Below, in pieces: positions 45,759-54,917 of a stretch of 62,116 nucleotides of DNA. The stretch is from a virus. Lineage: Duplodnaviria; Caudoviricetes. The notes under the pieces were generated by a model. That model was not told where the DNA came from. It searched no databases and saw only the letters and a program-made list of their open reading frames with translations. A program made the translations under genes and the position numbers. Location of the stretch: positions 1 through 62,116 of IMG/VR virus record IMGVR_UViG_3300035180_002081. The stretch is one strand, 5' to 3'. Positions within the stretch are counted from its first letter, which is position 1; each line of letters opens with the position of its first letter.

Positions 45759-46547
45759 CTACTTCTTCGCGGTGTGGTTCGACGGAAGGTCGAACATGCC
45801 GATCGCGAGCACCGCCTGATTCGTCCCGCCGAAGTTCGTCTTGTACTCGTTCCGGCCACTGACGATGCCGCAGAACCGAGCGTCGCTGTGCGCGACCAGC
45901 GAGCCCGTATCACCCGCCGCGAAGAAGTAGATCGTGGTCCCGGCGTACGTCAGGAGAAGGCCGCCGTAGATCCTGCCGAAGTTGCCGCGCTGCGCTTCGA
46001 TCTGAACGATCGAGCCCGACGCGCAGATGCGCTTCCCGCGCTCAGCCTCCGAGTCCTTCATCACCAGCGCGGGCTCGGTTTCCTGCACCGACTGCAGATC
46101 CTCCCAGGTGAGGCTCCGCGCTGCCCAGCGAGCAAACGAGAGATCCGCCTCGCTCGGTTGATCGATCGTGTCGCCCAAGAGCGGCCTCACGACCTCCAGT
46201 GCGACGGCGAGTTGGCGGCCAGCGAGCCGTTGGTCGAGCGATAGCGGTTTCGGCGGAGGTGGGTCGGCTCGCTTCTGCTCGACGCGCGGCTCGTCGGTTG
46301 TAGCAACGGCTGGAGAGGGCGCAGGCTGCGACTGCGATGGCTTTGACGACGACGAGTAGAACCACACGCCCGAGGCGAGAAGTAGCAGCACGCCGAACGT
46401 CGAGAGCGGCATCGTCGCGCCCCTCGGCGTCGGCCTGGCGGGGGCCGTGGGGTCGTCGGTGCACACCACGCATGGGCACCGGCAGACGCGCCCGTCCCCG
46501 TCGTCGTCGGTCGTCTCGGTGCACGTGGCACGGTTGCAATGCGGCAC
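45759..46547 (-). CDS. Membrane-anchored protein co-transcribed with repressor
   Basis: Cys-rich N-terminus, one TM, Pro linker, OB-fold-like ERGKRIC.SG.IVQI. Confidence 0.75.
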   Translation of the reverse strand: MPHCNRATCTETTDDDGDGRVCRCPCVVCTDDPTAPARPTPRGATMPLSTFGVLLLLASGVWFYSSSSKPSQSQPAPSPAVATTDEPRVEQKRADPPPPKPLSLDQRLAGRQLAVALEVVRPLLGDTIDQPSEADLSFARWAARSLTWEDLQSVQETEPALVMKDSEAERGKRICASGSIVQIEAQRGNFGRIYGGLLLTYAGTTIYFFAAGDTGSLVAHSDARFCGIVSGRNEYKTNFGGTNQAVLAIGMFDLPSNHTAKK

Positions 46548-46550
46548 GCG

Positions 46551-47090
46551 TCACCGCTTCCGGGCCGGCGCGTCCGGGTCCGGCTCGTCCGGCTGCATCG
46601 TCGAGCCTTCAAGTTGCGTACCTGGCTCCGACAGCGCCCCGGCATCGAAGTCCGCCCAGATCGCTTCGAGCCGTCGTTGGTACGCGCGAACCGTGAGCTT
46701 CGAGATGTCCTTGCCTGCAGTGAACGAGTCGTCGTGGTCGAACCAGTACCGAACCGTGGGCGGGGCGCTCTGGTAGACGCTCTCGCGCCGGACCTGTTCC
46801 TTCGGGTCGAGACCGTCGAACTCCGACGACTCGGGCGCGTGGTCCGCCGTCTCGTCGATCGGTCCGTGGCCCATGAGCTGCTCGTCCGTGATCCGTAGCG
46901 CGCGCAGCACACCGCCGAGCGTGTCGCCGTGCATCCATTTGTGGCCGTTCTCGTAGGTGGACCAGTTGGACTGGTTCACGCCGGCCGCGAGCGCCACGTC
47001 CTCCTGCTTGAGGCCACGAAGATCGCGCCACCTCTTCAGCCGAATACCTCGACGCTTCAGCTCGTCCGGGTCGATTCGTTTCGATGCCAC
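46551..47090 (-). CDS. cI: CI-like XRE family repressor
   Basis: RLKRWRDLRGLKQEDVALAAGVNQSNWSTYENG; divergent from cro. Confidence 0.88.
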   Translation of the reverse strand: MASKRIDPDELKRRGIRLKRWRDLRGLKQEDVALAAGVNQSNWSTYENGHKWMHGDTLGGVLRALRITDEQLMGHGPIDETADHAPESSEFDGLDPKEQVRRESVYQSAPPTVRYWFDHDDSFTAGKDISKLTVRAYQRRLEAIWADFDAGALSEPGTQLEGSTMQPDEPDPDAPARKR

Positions 47091-47096
47091 GCGAGA

Positions 47097-47180
47097 AACA
47101 TAGGGGAATCGAGCGCTTCTGTGGGCGCCTACCGATGACCCCTTGCGCACTGATTCCATCTGGTATATTCCTTCTGGTAT
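47097..47180. promoter_or_regulatory. Divergent PRM/PR switch with two tandem operators
   Basis: Minus-strand -10 TATGTT at 47097-47102; plus-strand TTGCGC...TGG-TATATT; operators ATTCCATCTGGTAT 47153-47166 and ATTCCTTCTGGTAT 47167-47180. Confidence 0.7.
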
Positions 47181-47385
47181 GGCATCACCGAACGAACGTC
47201 TGGCTGCGTGGCGCTTGGGCGAGGGTCTGACGCTCGTCGCGGCGGCGGAGTTGCTCGGCACGAAGTGGTGGAGGCTGCGCCGGTACGAGAACGGCGAGCG
47301 GTCGCCCGACATCTCGTTCGCCGTCGCGGCGCAGCGCGTGGTGGGCATCCCGGTCGAGGCGTGGGCGAAGTCGGAGGCCGCCTGA
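47179..47385 (+). CDS. cro: Cro-like HTH regulator
   Basis: LAAWR...GLTL..AAELLG......RYENGER.P. Confidence 0.85.
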   Translation: MASPNERLAAWRLGEGLTLVAAAELLGTKWWRLRRYENGERSPDISFAVAAQRVVGIPVEAWAKSEAA

Positions 47386-47744
47386 TGCCCCCCGCGCTCA
47401 CGCTCCCCGCGTTGCGCTCGCGCGTGTCGGAGCTGCCGCCGCTGCTGCTGGTGGTGCGTCCGCCGCCGCAAACGAGTGACCGCAAGTTGCGGTCGGCGAC
47501 GGTTTTTTGCCGATTGGAGGAAGCGTTGGCGCCTGTTGCCGACGCGAAGGAGCCGCACTCGATGTTGACGACCTCGGAAGCCATGCAGTTGTTGGGTGTG
47601 AGTCGTAGCGCGCTGATGAGCGCGATCAAGCTGGGGTCGATCCCGGCGGTGAAGGTGGGCACGCGGATCTGGCGTATTCCGCGGGAGGCGATCGATCGGA
47701 TGCTGACGGGCAAGCCGGCGGTTCCGGCCGAGGTGTCGAAGTGA
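47385..47744 (+). CDS. Excisionase-like HTH DNA-binding protein
   Basis: LTTSEAMQLLGVSRS.L...IK.GSIPAVKVG..WRIPRE. Confidence 0.85.
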   Translation: MPPALTLPALRSRVSELPPLLLVVRPPPQTSDRKLRSATVFCRLEEALAPVADAKEPHSMLTTSEAMQLLGVSRSALMSAIKLGSIPAVKVGTRIWRIPREAIDRMLTGKPAVPAEVSK

Positions 47745-48571
47745 GCGCCGCGAAGCCGCGGGCTGTGGCGAGCGGTACGCTCGTCGAGGGCAGCAACGTC
47801 GACTGCTACGTGCTGGACGACGGCCGATGCGTGCTCTCGCAGCGCGGAACGCTTGCCGCTTTGCGCGGGAAAAATAGCGGCGCCGGTTCGGCCGATTTGG
47901 GCCGCTACATCGCACGAATCTCCACGGATTCCAGCCCGATCGAAGTGGTCCCGGTTTCGTTCGACGGCCCTACTGGTCCTGCGAACGGAATCACCACCGA
48001 CGCGTTCGTCGCCATCCTCCGTGCCTACGTCGACGCGCTCGCTTCCGGTCGACTGCACACGCAGCAGACCGCGACCGCCATCCGCTGCGCGACGCTCCTC
48101 GGAGCGTTCGCCACGGCCGGACTGGAGTCGCTCATTCACGAGCGGACTGGCTACCAGGACCGGCGTCCGCGCAACGCCATCGAGCGGCGCATTGCTTCGT
48201 TGCTCCGCGAGGAGCCGAGCGAGTGGGAGATTCGGTTCCGCCCGTCTCTCGTGCGTGCGCTCGCTCCGTTGTGGGGCATCACGTGGACGCATGGGCGGTA
48301 CCCGAAGCAGCTCCGCAGCATCTTCGGCGAAATCTACAACATGCTGCTCGGCGACTCCGAGGCCGCGGAGCTGCGGCGCCGAAACGCCACCCCGGAAGCG
48401 CACCGTCACCACGTGTGGCTTCAGGAGCCGGCGGCCCGCGCCTTCTCTGACGAGCTGCAGATCGTTGAGTTGATGGCGCAACAGAGCCGGACGAAGACGC
48501 AGCTTCGCAACAAGTTGAACGCGCACTACCGCGGCGACGCGTTCCAGACCGACATCAGCGAGGCTGCGTAA
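47741..48571 (+). CDS. P63C-domain antirepressor-like protein
   Basis: CYVLDDGRCVLSQRG, A..GL..LIHERTGYQ, WEIRF, RHHVWL. Confidence 0.85.
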   Translation: MSAAKPRAVASGTLVEGSNVDCYVLDDGRCVLSQRGTLAALRGKNSGAGSADLGRYIARISTDSSPIEVVPVSFDGPTGPANGITTDAFVAILRAYVDALASGRLHTQQTATAIRCATLLGAFATAGLESLIHERTGYQDRRPRNAIERRIASLLREEPSEWEIRFRPSLVRALAPLWGITWTHGRYPKQLRSIFGEIYNMLLGDSEAAELRRRNATPEAHRHHVWLQEPAARAFSDELQIVELMAQQSRTKTQLRNKLNAHYRGDAFQTDISEAA

Positions 48572-48829
48572 CCCCATGGCGATCCCGCTCCCGTTCGTCA
48601 GCGCCCGCGTTCGGGGGCGGGTCGCCGTGGTCCTGCTGCAGCTCGGCCTCCGCGCGGTGACGGCTGCCACGTCGCGGCCTCTGCTCGTCGTCGGCGACGC
48701 GCTCGTGCGAGCTGCGCGCGTTGTCTGGCACTCAGGGCCCATCGTCGAAACGTGACCACGCCACTGCACCCGCGCAACTGCGGGTCAGGCGTGCAGCGCC
48801 GACTCATCCACTGAACAGATTCTGTCGAG

Positions 48830-49138
48830 GTGCGGAAAATGGCGAATCCGAACGATGTGACCGATGATGCCAGCCTGCTGCAGCGTGCCGGTTGGACCTC
48901 GCGCGAGGTCGCTGGCGAGCGCTGGTGGCGCATGCCGATGCTGCGGTGGGTCCGCTGGTGGAGCGAGCGGGAGGCCGCGCGCATCGTCCGGGTGCAGGCC
49001 GCGAACGCTGCGGAGCGCGAGGCCCAGCGCCGCAGCTTCGCCTACGGCAACGTCGCGGTCGGCAACCCGAACGTCACGCGCGCGATGGTCGACGCGGCGG
49101 CGGACCGGATGGCTGCGGAAGCCGCGGAGGTGCCGTGA
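48830..49138 (+). CDS. Hypothetical protein
   Basis: EREAQRRSFAYGN....NP.VTR.MVD motif. Confidence 0.6.
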   Translation: MRKMANPNDVTDDASLLQRAGWTSREVAGERWWRMPMLRWVRWWSEREAARIVRVQAANAAEREAQRRSFAYGNVAVGNPNVTRAMVDAAADRMAAEAAEVP

Positions 49139-49377
49139 TGGACACCGCGAAGATCCGCGAGAGCATCGCGACGGCCCGCGCGATGGGCGTCGGGATGGTC
49201 AAGGTCGACGTGCGCGACCTCGACGCCGCCGCCGACGCCATCGGGGAGCGCTGCTACAGGGCATCCTCGCTCGAGGACGCCAGGGCGCTGTGCGACCTGC
49301 TGATGCTCGTCGGGCACCACGTGTTCCCCGTGCGGCGGGGCGAGACGACGACGGCAGCTGTGGAGGTGGCGCAATGA
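49138..49377 (+). CDS. Hypothetical protein
   Basis: Coupled at both ends. Confidence 0.6.
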   Translation: MDTAKIRESIATARAMGVGMVKVDVRDLDAAADAIGERCYRASSLEDARALCDLLMLVGHHVFPVRRGETTTAAVEVAQ

Positions 49378-50258
49378 GCGTGCCCCGCAGCGTCATCGAC
49401 ATCGTGCGCTCCGCCTCGGTGGCATCCGCGACGGTGCGCGCCGCGCGCGAGCAAGAGGCGGCGATCGACAAGCTGGCGCGCGAGGTCGCGAAGTCGAAGA
49501 AGCGCACGCGCAAGGGCGAACAGAAGCACCCGGTCGTCAAGGTGTTCGGCGAGGAACTCGCGGCCGTCGTTGAGCAAGTGGTCGAACAGACCGACACCGC
49601 CGCATCGAATCGGAAGATCCGCACCCACTCCGGGCGCGAGGTCCCGCTCTCGGCGCTCCGCGAGGGCGTGCTCAAGTACGCAGAGGCCGTGTTCGGCGCG
49701 GACAAGCCGCTGCACATCGTCTGCGCGCACTGCGGCGTGGTGTTCTTGGTGCCGGCGGGAACCAAAGCGCAGAACGTACCGAAGACCTGTGCGCGCGGGT
49801 GCAGGTGCGTGTGCGGTCGGCGCATCGGCAGGATAGGGGCTAGGCGCGCCGTGAATGAAGGCCGGCGATCAAAGTGTAGGGGATGCGCCAGCCACGAAAA
49901 CATGGCGAAGGTAACGACCGAGCAACGTCACGCGAACATCGCGGTTTGCAATGCGGCGCTGACGCCTGATCAACGCCGAGCATATGCCAAGAATGCCGGC
50001 GCTGCGGCCGCCGCCAAGCAGACGCCAGAGCAGCGCAGTGAGCGCGCCCGGAAGGCGGTTGCCACACGCGGTGCAAAGTCTGTGCAGGCGAGCGCGATGA
50101 AGGGCCGCGCCTCCATTGCCAAAATGACGCCTGATCAGAAACGCGCTCGCGCTATCAAAGGCAATTCCGCGCAGACGACAGAGCAGCGCCGCGCCCGCCA
50201 AGTCAAGGGCTGGGCCACCCGCCGCGCCAAATCCGCATTGAAGTCGGAGGCCGCATGA
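49374..50258 (+). CDS. Zn-finger plus basic T(P/T)(E/D)Q(R/K) repeat protein (putative DNA binding)
   Basis: CAHCG, CRCVCG, CRGC, five helical repeats. Confidence 0.7.
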   Translation: MSVPRSVIDIVRSASVASATVRAAREQEAAIDKLAREVAKSKKRTRKGEQKHPVVKVFGEELAAVVEQVVEQTDTAASNRKIRTHSGREVPLSALREGVLKYAEAVFGADKPLHIVCAHCGVVFLVPAGTKAQNVPKTCARGCRCVCGRRIGRIGARRAVNEGRRSKCRGCASHENMAKVTTEQRHANIAVCNAALTPDQRRAYAKNAGAAAAAKQTPEQRSERARKAVATRGAKSVQASAMKGRASIAKMTPDQKRARAIKGNSAQTTEQRRARQVKGWATRRAKSALKSEAA

Positions 50259-50443
50259 GCGCCGTCGTCTTCGTCATCCGCGCGCCGTGCGGCTGCTCGT
50301 CGCACGTCGAGGAGCGCGGCGGACGGCTCGCGGTCGTCGTGGATCGGTGGTGTCGCACGAAGGGGCACCGGCGCCGCCTCGGGCGTACGCGCTCGTGGAC
50401 GTTCATCGAGGTCGAAGGGGACAGGAGGGTCGCGCAGTCATGA
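50255..50443 (+). CDS. Small hypothetical protein
   Basis: ATGA coupling. Confidence 0.5.
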   Translation: MSAVVFVIRAPCGCSSHVEERGGRLAVVVDRWCRTKGHRRRLGRTRSWTFIEVEGDRRVAQS

Positions 50444-50516
50444 GCACGATCGTCGTCGGTGTGCTGCTGGCGGTTGCGTCGCTCGGCGTGGTTGTGTGGG
50501 CCGCGGAGAGTGCCAG

Positions 50517-50864
50517 ATGAGCGAAGACCTTTCGGCCGTTGCAGAAGCGTTCGCACGAGTCGTCCGTTCGAGCATGCCGCAGACGCCGGCCTGCTACTCG
50601 TCGAGCGCCCTGCCGCCCGGCTACCGCACCTCCGCCGGCTTCGCCCGCGCGTGCCGGCAGGGGCGCGTTCCCGGCGCCGTGAAGCGCGGGCGCGCCTGGG
50701 TCGTGACCGTCGAGAGCTACCTCCGTCGAGACGCGGTCGAGGTCGTGCCGCGCAAGCGCAGCGCCCGGCCGAGCGCGAAGGCTGAACAGCGCGTGCTCGC
50801 GAACCTCGCCTCCCGCGGACTCACCATCGCCGAACCGGCAGTCGAGCAGGCCAATGCCGCGTAA
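50517..50864 (+). CDS. Putative excisionase/recombination directionality factor
   Basis: CRQGRVPGAVKRGRAWVV winged HTH; overlaps int start. Confidence 0.65.
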   Translation: MSEDLSAVAEAFARVVRSSMPQTPACYSSSALPPGYRTSAGFARACRQGRVPGAVKRGRAWVVTVESYLRRDAVEVVPRKRSARPSAKAEQRVLANLASRGLTIAEPAVEQANAA

Positions 50865-52356
50865 GGCAACTGGCCAGATCGTCGAGCGCGGTGGGAAGCC
50901 CTACGTGCGCGCGACATTCCCTAACAAGCAGCGGCGCCTATTGCCGCTGACGATTGGAGCGAGCGCCGAACAGTTGGCGATGGAAGCGCGCATCCTCGCG
51001 CGTGCCGCGCGTGCCGGTCAGATCAAGCTCGTCGCCGTGCCGGAGCCGGCGCCCGCGTTCGAGACGGTGTCGAAGTGGTGGGCGCGCATGCTCACGATGA
51101 AGGAGGGCAGGGGGCTCAAGACGGTGGGGGACATGCGCGGCCGGTTCAAGAACTGGATCGAGCCTGTCATCGGCAGCCTTCCGATCCACGCCGTCACGGC
51201 GGACGAGCTGCGGCGCGTCGTCACGAAGCTGGACGCCGCGATCGAGGGCGAGAGCATCACGGCCAAGACCGCGTCGAACGTGTGGGGCGAGGTGACCGGC
51301 GCGTTCCGCGAGGCGTGCGCGTCGAAGCATGACGACCTGCGCGTGCGAACCGACAACCCGACGGAGAAGGTGACCGGTCCCGAGGACGGTGCCGAGCGCG
51401 AGGGCCCCGTGCTCTACCCCGACGAGTTCCTGCAGCTCGTCGCGTGCGAGGCGGTGCCGCTCGCCCGACGCCGGTACTACGTCGCCGCCGTCTACGTTGG
51501 GCCGCGGTCGAACGAGATCGCCGCCATCACGGCCGCGTCTCTCGACCTCGCGCACCTGACGCTGACGATCGACAAGCAGCGCGACCGCAAGACGAACGCG
51601 GACCGCGCGACGAAGACGAAGCGCACGCGCACGTTCCCGATTGAGCCTGCGGCCGTGCCGTTCTTCCGGATGCTCGCCGCCGAGCGTCCCGAGGGGCGCC
51701 TCTTCGACATGCCGCCGGACGAGCTGCGCGCGAAGCTCCTGCGCGAAGACCTGCGCACCGCGAAGCTCGAGCGGCCGGCGCTCTACCACGACGACGCGAC
51801 CCGCCACGGCCTGTGGCTCCACGACCTGCGGCACACGTCGCTGGTGTGGATGGCGATGCGCGGCGACGACCACCTACGCATCCAGTTCCGTGGAGGACAT
51901 AGCGACATGACCACGACGCAGCGCTACATCGCGCACGCGCGCAACCTGCCGGGCGGCATCGGAGGGCCCTTTCCGGCCCTTCCTGACACCGTCGAAAAGG
52001 CACCGGAAAAGGCACCGTCAGTGGTCGAGCCGCAGGAAGGCCAGGTCTTTCCTGCGGTGTTGGGTGGCGTCCCCAACGGGATTCGAACCCTTGACTCGGC
52101 TTGCCCCGTCGCCTTTGAGCACGTTTCGCAGCCTGACGCAGATGTTACGGGGGGTCCAGACGGCTCTAAAGGCACCGGAAAAGGCACCGGGAATGTGCCT
52201 ATTCAGCCCCTCCGGCTGACGCCCAGCGCCATCAGGAACGCGCTCGACGCTGGCGCCGTGCTGGAGGCCGTCGACCGAGCCAAGGCTGGTGACGAGCCCG
52301 CTGTGCTCGCCATCCTGACCGACCTCGCGCGCCGACATGTAGGAGGTGCGTCGTGA
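50854..52356 (+). CDS. int: Tyrosine integrase containing attP
   Basis: GPRSNEI (R), TKT (K), HDLRHT (HxxR), GHSD..TTQRY (H,Y). Confidence 0.95.
   Translation: MPRKATGQIVERGGKPYVRATFPNKQRRLLPLTIGASAEQLAMEARILARAARAGQIKLVAVPEPAPAFETVSKWWARMLTMKEGRGLKTVGDMRGRFKNWIEPVIGSLPIHAVTADELRRVVTKLDAAIEGESITAKTASNVWGEVTGAFREACASKHDDLRVRTDNPTEKVTGPEDGAEREGPVLYPDEFLQLVACEAVPLARRRYYVAAVYVGPRSNEIAAITAASLDLAHLTLTIDKQRDRKTNADRATKTKRTRTFPIEPAAVPFFRMLAAERPEGRLFDMPPDELRAKLLREDLRTAKLERPALYHDDATRHGLWLHDLRHTSLVWMAMRGDDHLRIQFRGGHSDMTTTQRYIAHARNLPGGIGGPFPALPDTVEKAPEKAPSVVEPQEGQVFPAVLGGVPNGIRTLDSACPVAFEHVSQPDADVTGGPDGSKGTGKGTGNVPIQPLRLTPSAIRNALDAGAVLEAVDRAKAGDEPAVLAILTDLARRHVGGAS
51995..52190 (+). repeat. Integrase arm-type sites: tandem AAAGGCACCG pairs flanking the core
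   Basis: AAAAGGCACCGGAAAAGGCACCG at 51995-52017 and AAAGGCACCGGAAAAGGCACCGG at 52168-52190. Confidence 0.8.
52065..52090 (-). other. attP: attP core identical to the 3' end of a tRNA-Glu-type gene
   Basis: Minus strand reads GGGTTCGAATCCCGTTGGGGACGCCA (T-arm, acceptor 3' strand, CCA). Confidence 0.85.
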
Positions 52357-52982
52357 CCTGCGCACCGTCACCGGGCGCGCGCCTCCTCGCGCAGACCGTC
52401 GACCCGGACGGCCAGCTCGGCGGTGTCCGTCGTGCGGTCCTCGCCGAGCGGCTCATCCGCATGTCCAACCCGGACGCGAACGGCTGCCGCATCTTCTCCG
52501 GCGCGGGGCGGGGGAGCGGGTACGGCGCGGTCAAGGTCGGCCGGCGAACGATGGACGCGCACCGGGCGGCGTTCCTCGTCTTCGTCGGCCCCATCCCTGA
52601 CGGCGAACTCGTCTGCCATACCTGCGACGTGCGGCGCTGCATCGAGCCCTCGCACCTGTTCCCAGGCACGCACAAGACCAACCACGACGACATGGTGGCG
52701 AAGGGCCGGCGCGTTCCCGGCGAGGCTATCTCGCGCCGCTGCATCGAGCGCGGGACGCGGCCGCCGGTGGTGCAGAAGCTGACCAACGAGCAGGTCGCGG
52801 AGGTCCGCGCCTCGGTCGCGCGCGGCGAGTCTCGCAAGGCCGTCGCTGAACGGTTCGGCGTCTGCGTATCGACCGTGACGAAGATCGCGAACGGGAAACA
52901 CCGGCCACCCGTCGACCACGCTGCGCTCGACGCAACCGCCGAACTGCACGCTGCCGACGCGCTCGGCAAGGGGGACGCGTGA
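52353..52982 (+). CDS. HNH endonuclease with C-terminal HTH
   Basis: AHRAAF...GPIPDG.LVCHTCDVRRCIEPSHL..GT...N..D. Confidence 0.92.
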   Translation: MTCAPSPGARLLAQTVDPDGQLGGVRRAVLAERLIRMSNPDANGCRIFSGAGRGSGYGAVKVGRRTMDAHRAAFLVFVGPIPDGELVCHTCDVRRCIEPSHLFPGTHKTNHDDMVAKGRRVPGEAISRRCIERGTRPPVVQKLTNEQVAEVRASVARGESRKAVAERFGVCVSTVTKIANGKHRPPVDHAALDATAELHAADALGKGDA

Positions 52983-53359
52983 GCCGCCGGTTCCGCGCGA
53001 GCGCCGCGCAGCTCAACCTTTGGGCCTGGCTGACCTCGCAGCCGCCCCCCGTGCTCGTCGTGGTCGCCGACGTGCCGCTCGAGCCGGTGGACCCGACGCG
53101 CTGCCCCTGCGGGCTCCTCGCGCTCGACTGCCCTCGGTGCCTCCCTGGCGGCGACACCGTCGAGGCCTTCATCGCCGCGCACCCCGACGGGGCGTCGCTC
53201 GAGGAGGTCGCCGCAGCCCTCGGCCTGACGCGCGAGCGGGTGCGGCAGATCGAGGTCGGCGCGCAGTACCGCATCCGCGAGGACGACTACGAGCCGGGCG
53301 ACGCGTTCCGCCGGGCGATGCGCGCGTCGCGCGAGACGAGCGTGGAGGCTGCCGAATGA
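52979..53359 (+). CDS. Sigma-70 region 4-like HTH protein with Cys cluster
   Basis: CPCG....CPRC; SLEEVAAALGLTRERVRQIE. Confidence 0.8.
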   Translation: MSRRFRASAAQLNLWAWLTSQPPPVLVVVADVPLEPVDPTRCPCGLLALDCPRCLPGGDTVEAFIAAHPDGASLEEVAAALGLTRERVRQIEVGAQYRIREDDYEPGDAFRRAMRASRETSVEAAE

Positions 53360-53982
53360 GCGCGCAGGCTCGGTTCGACTTCGCCGTGACGTTGCCCCGC
53401 CCGGTCTCCGCGGCGGCGCTGCGAGCGCTCGCCCTAGGCGCTCCGGACGGCGACACCCGCGCGCACATCGAGCGCGCTGCGCGCCTCGTCGAGATGGGCC
53501 GGGGGTCCGACGCCGTCGACTACATGCGCAAGCGGGCGCTCGGCGGCCTACAGCACGCGCGCGAGCTGAAGGGCCGGCAGGAGGCATGGTGCCGGTACGA
53601 GCGGGAGCGTGTGCTCGACCGGGCGCTCGTGTTCGTTCAGGCGGAGCGCCTCGCAGTGAAGGCCGCACCATCGGTCCGCGGTCGCCTCGACGTGCCGGTA
53701 CTCTACGAGACGCCCGAGTACGCCGGCCAGACCGTCGCCGAGTACGTCCGCGAGGTCACCAACCCGCACTGGCCGGAGCTGACGTCGCACGGCGTGTGGG
53801 TCCAGGTCGGCGGCTACCAGGCGCTCGGCAAGAAGTGGAAGGTCGAGCTGCAGTGCCTCCCGCCGGATGCGGAGCGCACGCAGCACGTCATCGTGCGGCT
53901 TGTCGCGACCCGCGAGGAGGCGATGCAGCTCGCACGTCGGTGGGCCGCGCTGGGCGAGGCGCTCATTGAGGCGACCTCGTGA
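53356..53982 (+). CDS. Hypothetical protein
   Basis: Coupled at both ends. Confidence 0.65.
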   Translation: MSAQARFDFAVTLPRPVSAAALRALALGAPDGDTRAHIERAARLVEMGRGSDAVDYMRKRALGGLQHARELKGRQEAWCRYERERVLDRALVFVQAERLAVKAAPSVRGRLDVPVLYETPEYAGQTVAEYVREVTNPHWPELTSHGVWVQVGGYQALGKKWKVELQCLPPDAERTQHVIVRLVATREEAMQLARRWAALGEALIEATS

Positions 53983-54374
53983 CCGCCGAGCGCTCGTCGG
54001 CCGAGGAGGTCGTCACGTTCCTTCGCCGCCGGCTCGAGCCGTACAGCCGCACGGCGCGCATCACCGTCCTGCAACAGCTCCTCGCCGAGGCGGAGGGCGT
54101 CTCGCGCGTCGCCGTGGCCGCGCGTCGCCGGCACGACGCGAACCGGGAGCGCATCCGGGCGCGCGCGCAGCAGGCCTTCGAGTTCATCTGCCTGCACGTC
54201 GAGCGCTACGGCTACACGCCGAACCGCGGGGCCATCGGCAAGGCGCTTGGCACCAGCTGCATGCGCACCGTCGGCGAGCTGGTCGCGATCCTCGTTGCGG
54301 ACGGGTGCATCTCCGTCGAGCCGACCGCCGGCCACCCGATCCGCCTCGTGGGCGATCGCAGCAAGGTGGCGTGA
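53979..54374 (+). CDS. LexA-type winged-helix DNA-binding protein
   Basis: FI...VERYGYTPN..AIGKALG......L..L...G.I. Confidence 0.7.
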   Translation: MTAERSSAEEVVTFLRRRLEPYSRTARITVLQQLLAEAEGVSRVAVAARRRHDANRERIRARAQQAFEFICLHVERYGYTPNRGAIGKALGTSCMRTVGELVAILVADGCISVEPTAGHPIRLVGDRSKVA

Positions 54375-54715
54375 TGGAGGAGGTGCGTTGCAGGACGTGC
54401 CAGCGCGTGCTGAGCGACGCCGCGAGCATCGCCCGGCAGCAGGGCCCGCAGTGCGCTGGCCTCGCGCGCGCGCGCTGCGGGCATGCCGTGAGTGACCTGC
54501 AGCTCGCGCTCGTGTGGGACGCCTTCGACTACGCCAATACGCCGTTCGAGCAGTGGCCGTGGGTTCGCGCGCACCGAGAGGCACGCGCAGGCGACCCGCG
54601 GCACGTCGAGGGGTGCGAGGGCTGCCAGGTCTACGGCGTCTGCGGCGCACACGACGGGCACGAGACGAGAGGCCGCAAGGCGACGACCGAAGCAGTGGTG
54701 ACTGAGGCGCGTTGA
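54374..54715 (+). CDS. DUF6011-like Zn-binding protein
   Basis: CRTCQRVLSDAASIARQQGPQC. Confidence 0.7.
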   Translation: MEEVRCRTCQRVLSDAASIARQQGPQCAGLARARCGHAVSDLQLALVWDAFDYANTPFEQWPWVRAHREARAGDPRHVEGCEGCQVYGVCGAHDGHETRGRKATTEAVVTEAR

Positions 54716-54917
54716 ACTGAGAGACGCGCGGCAACGGCGAGCGGCAGAAACAGCACGGCCCCGGCGGTTCCAAGCGCCGAGGCCGTGTGCCCGCAGCCCG
54801 AAGCCGCGGAATGGAGTTGAGACTCATGGACCATACGGATCGAAATCACACCCCGCAAGCTGAACGCCTGGTCTCGCTGCGTGCCCGCGTGTCGACGCGA
54901 GCGCGAGGGGCACGCTG

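Noticed and set aside
52065-52090. Complete tRNA-Glu gene
   Set aside because: Only the T-arm and 3' acceptor strand are present; interpreted as the attP core.
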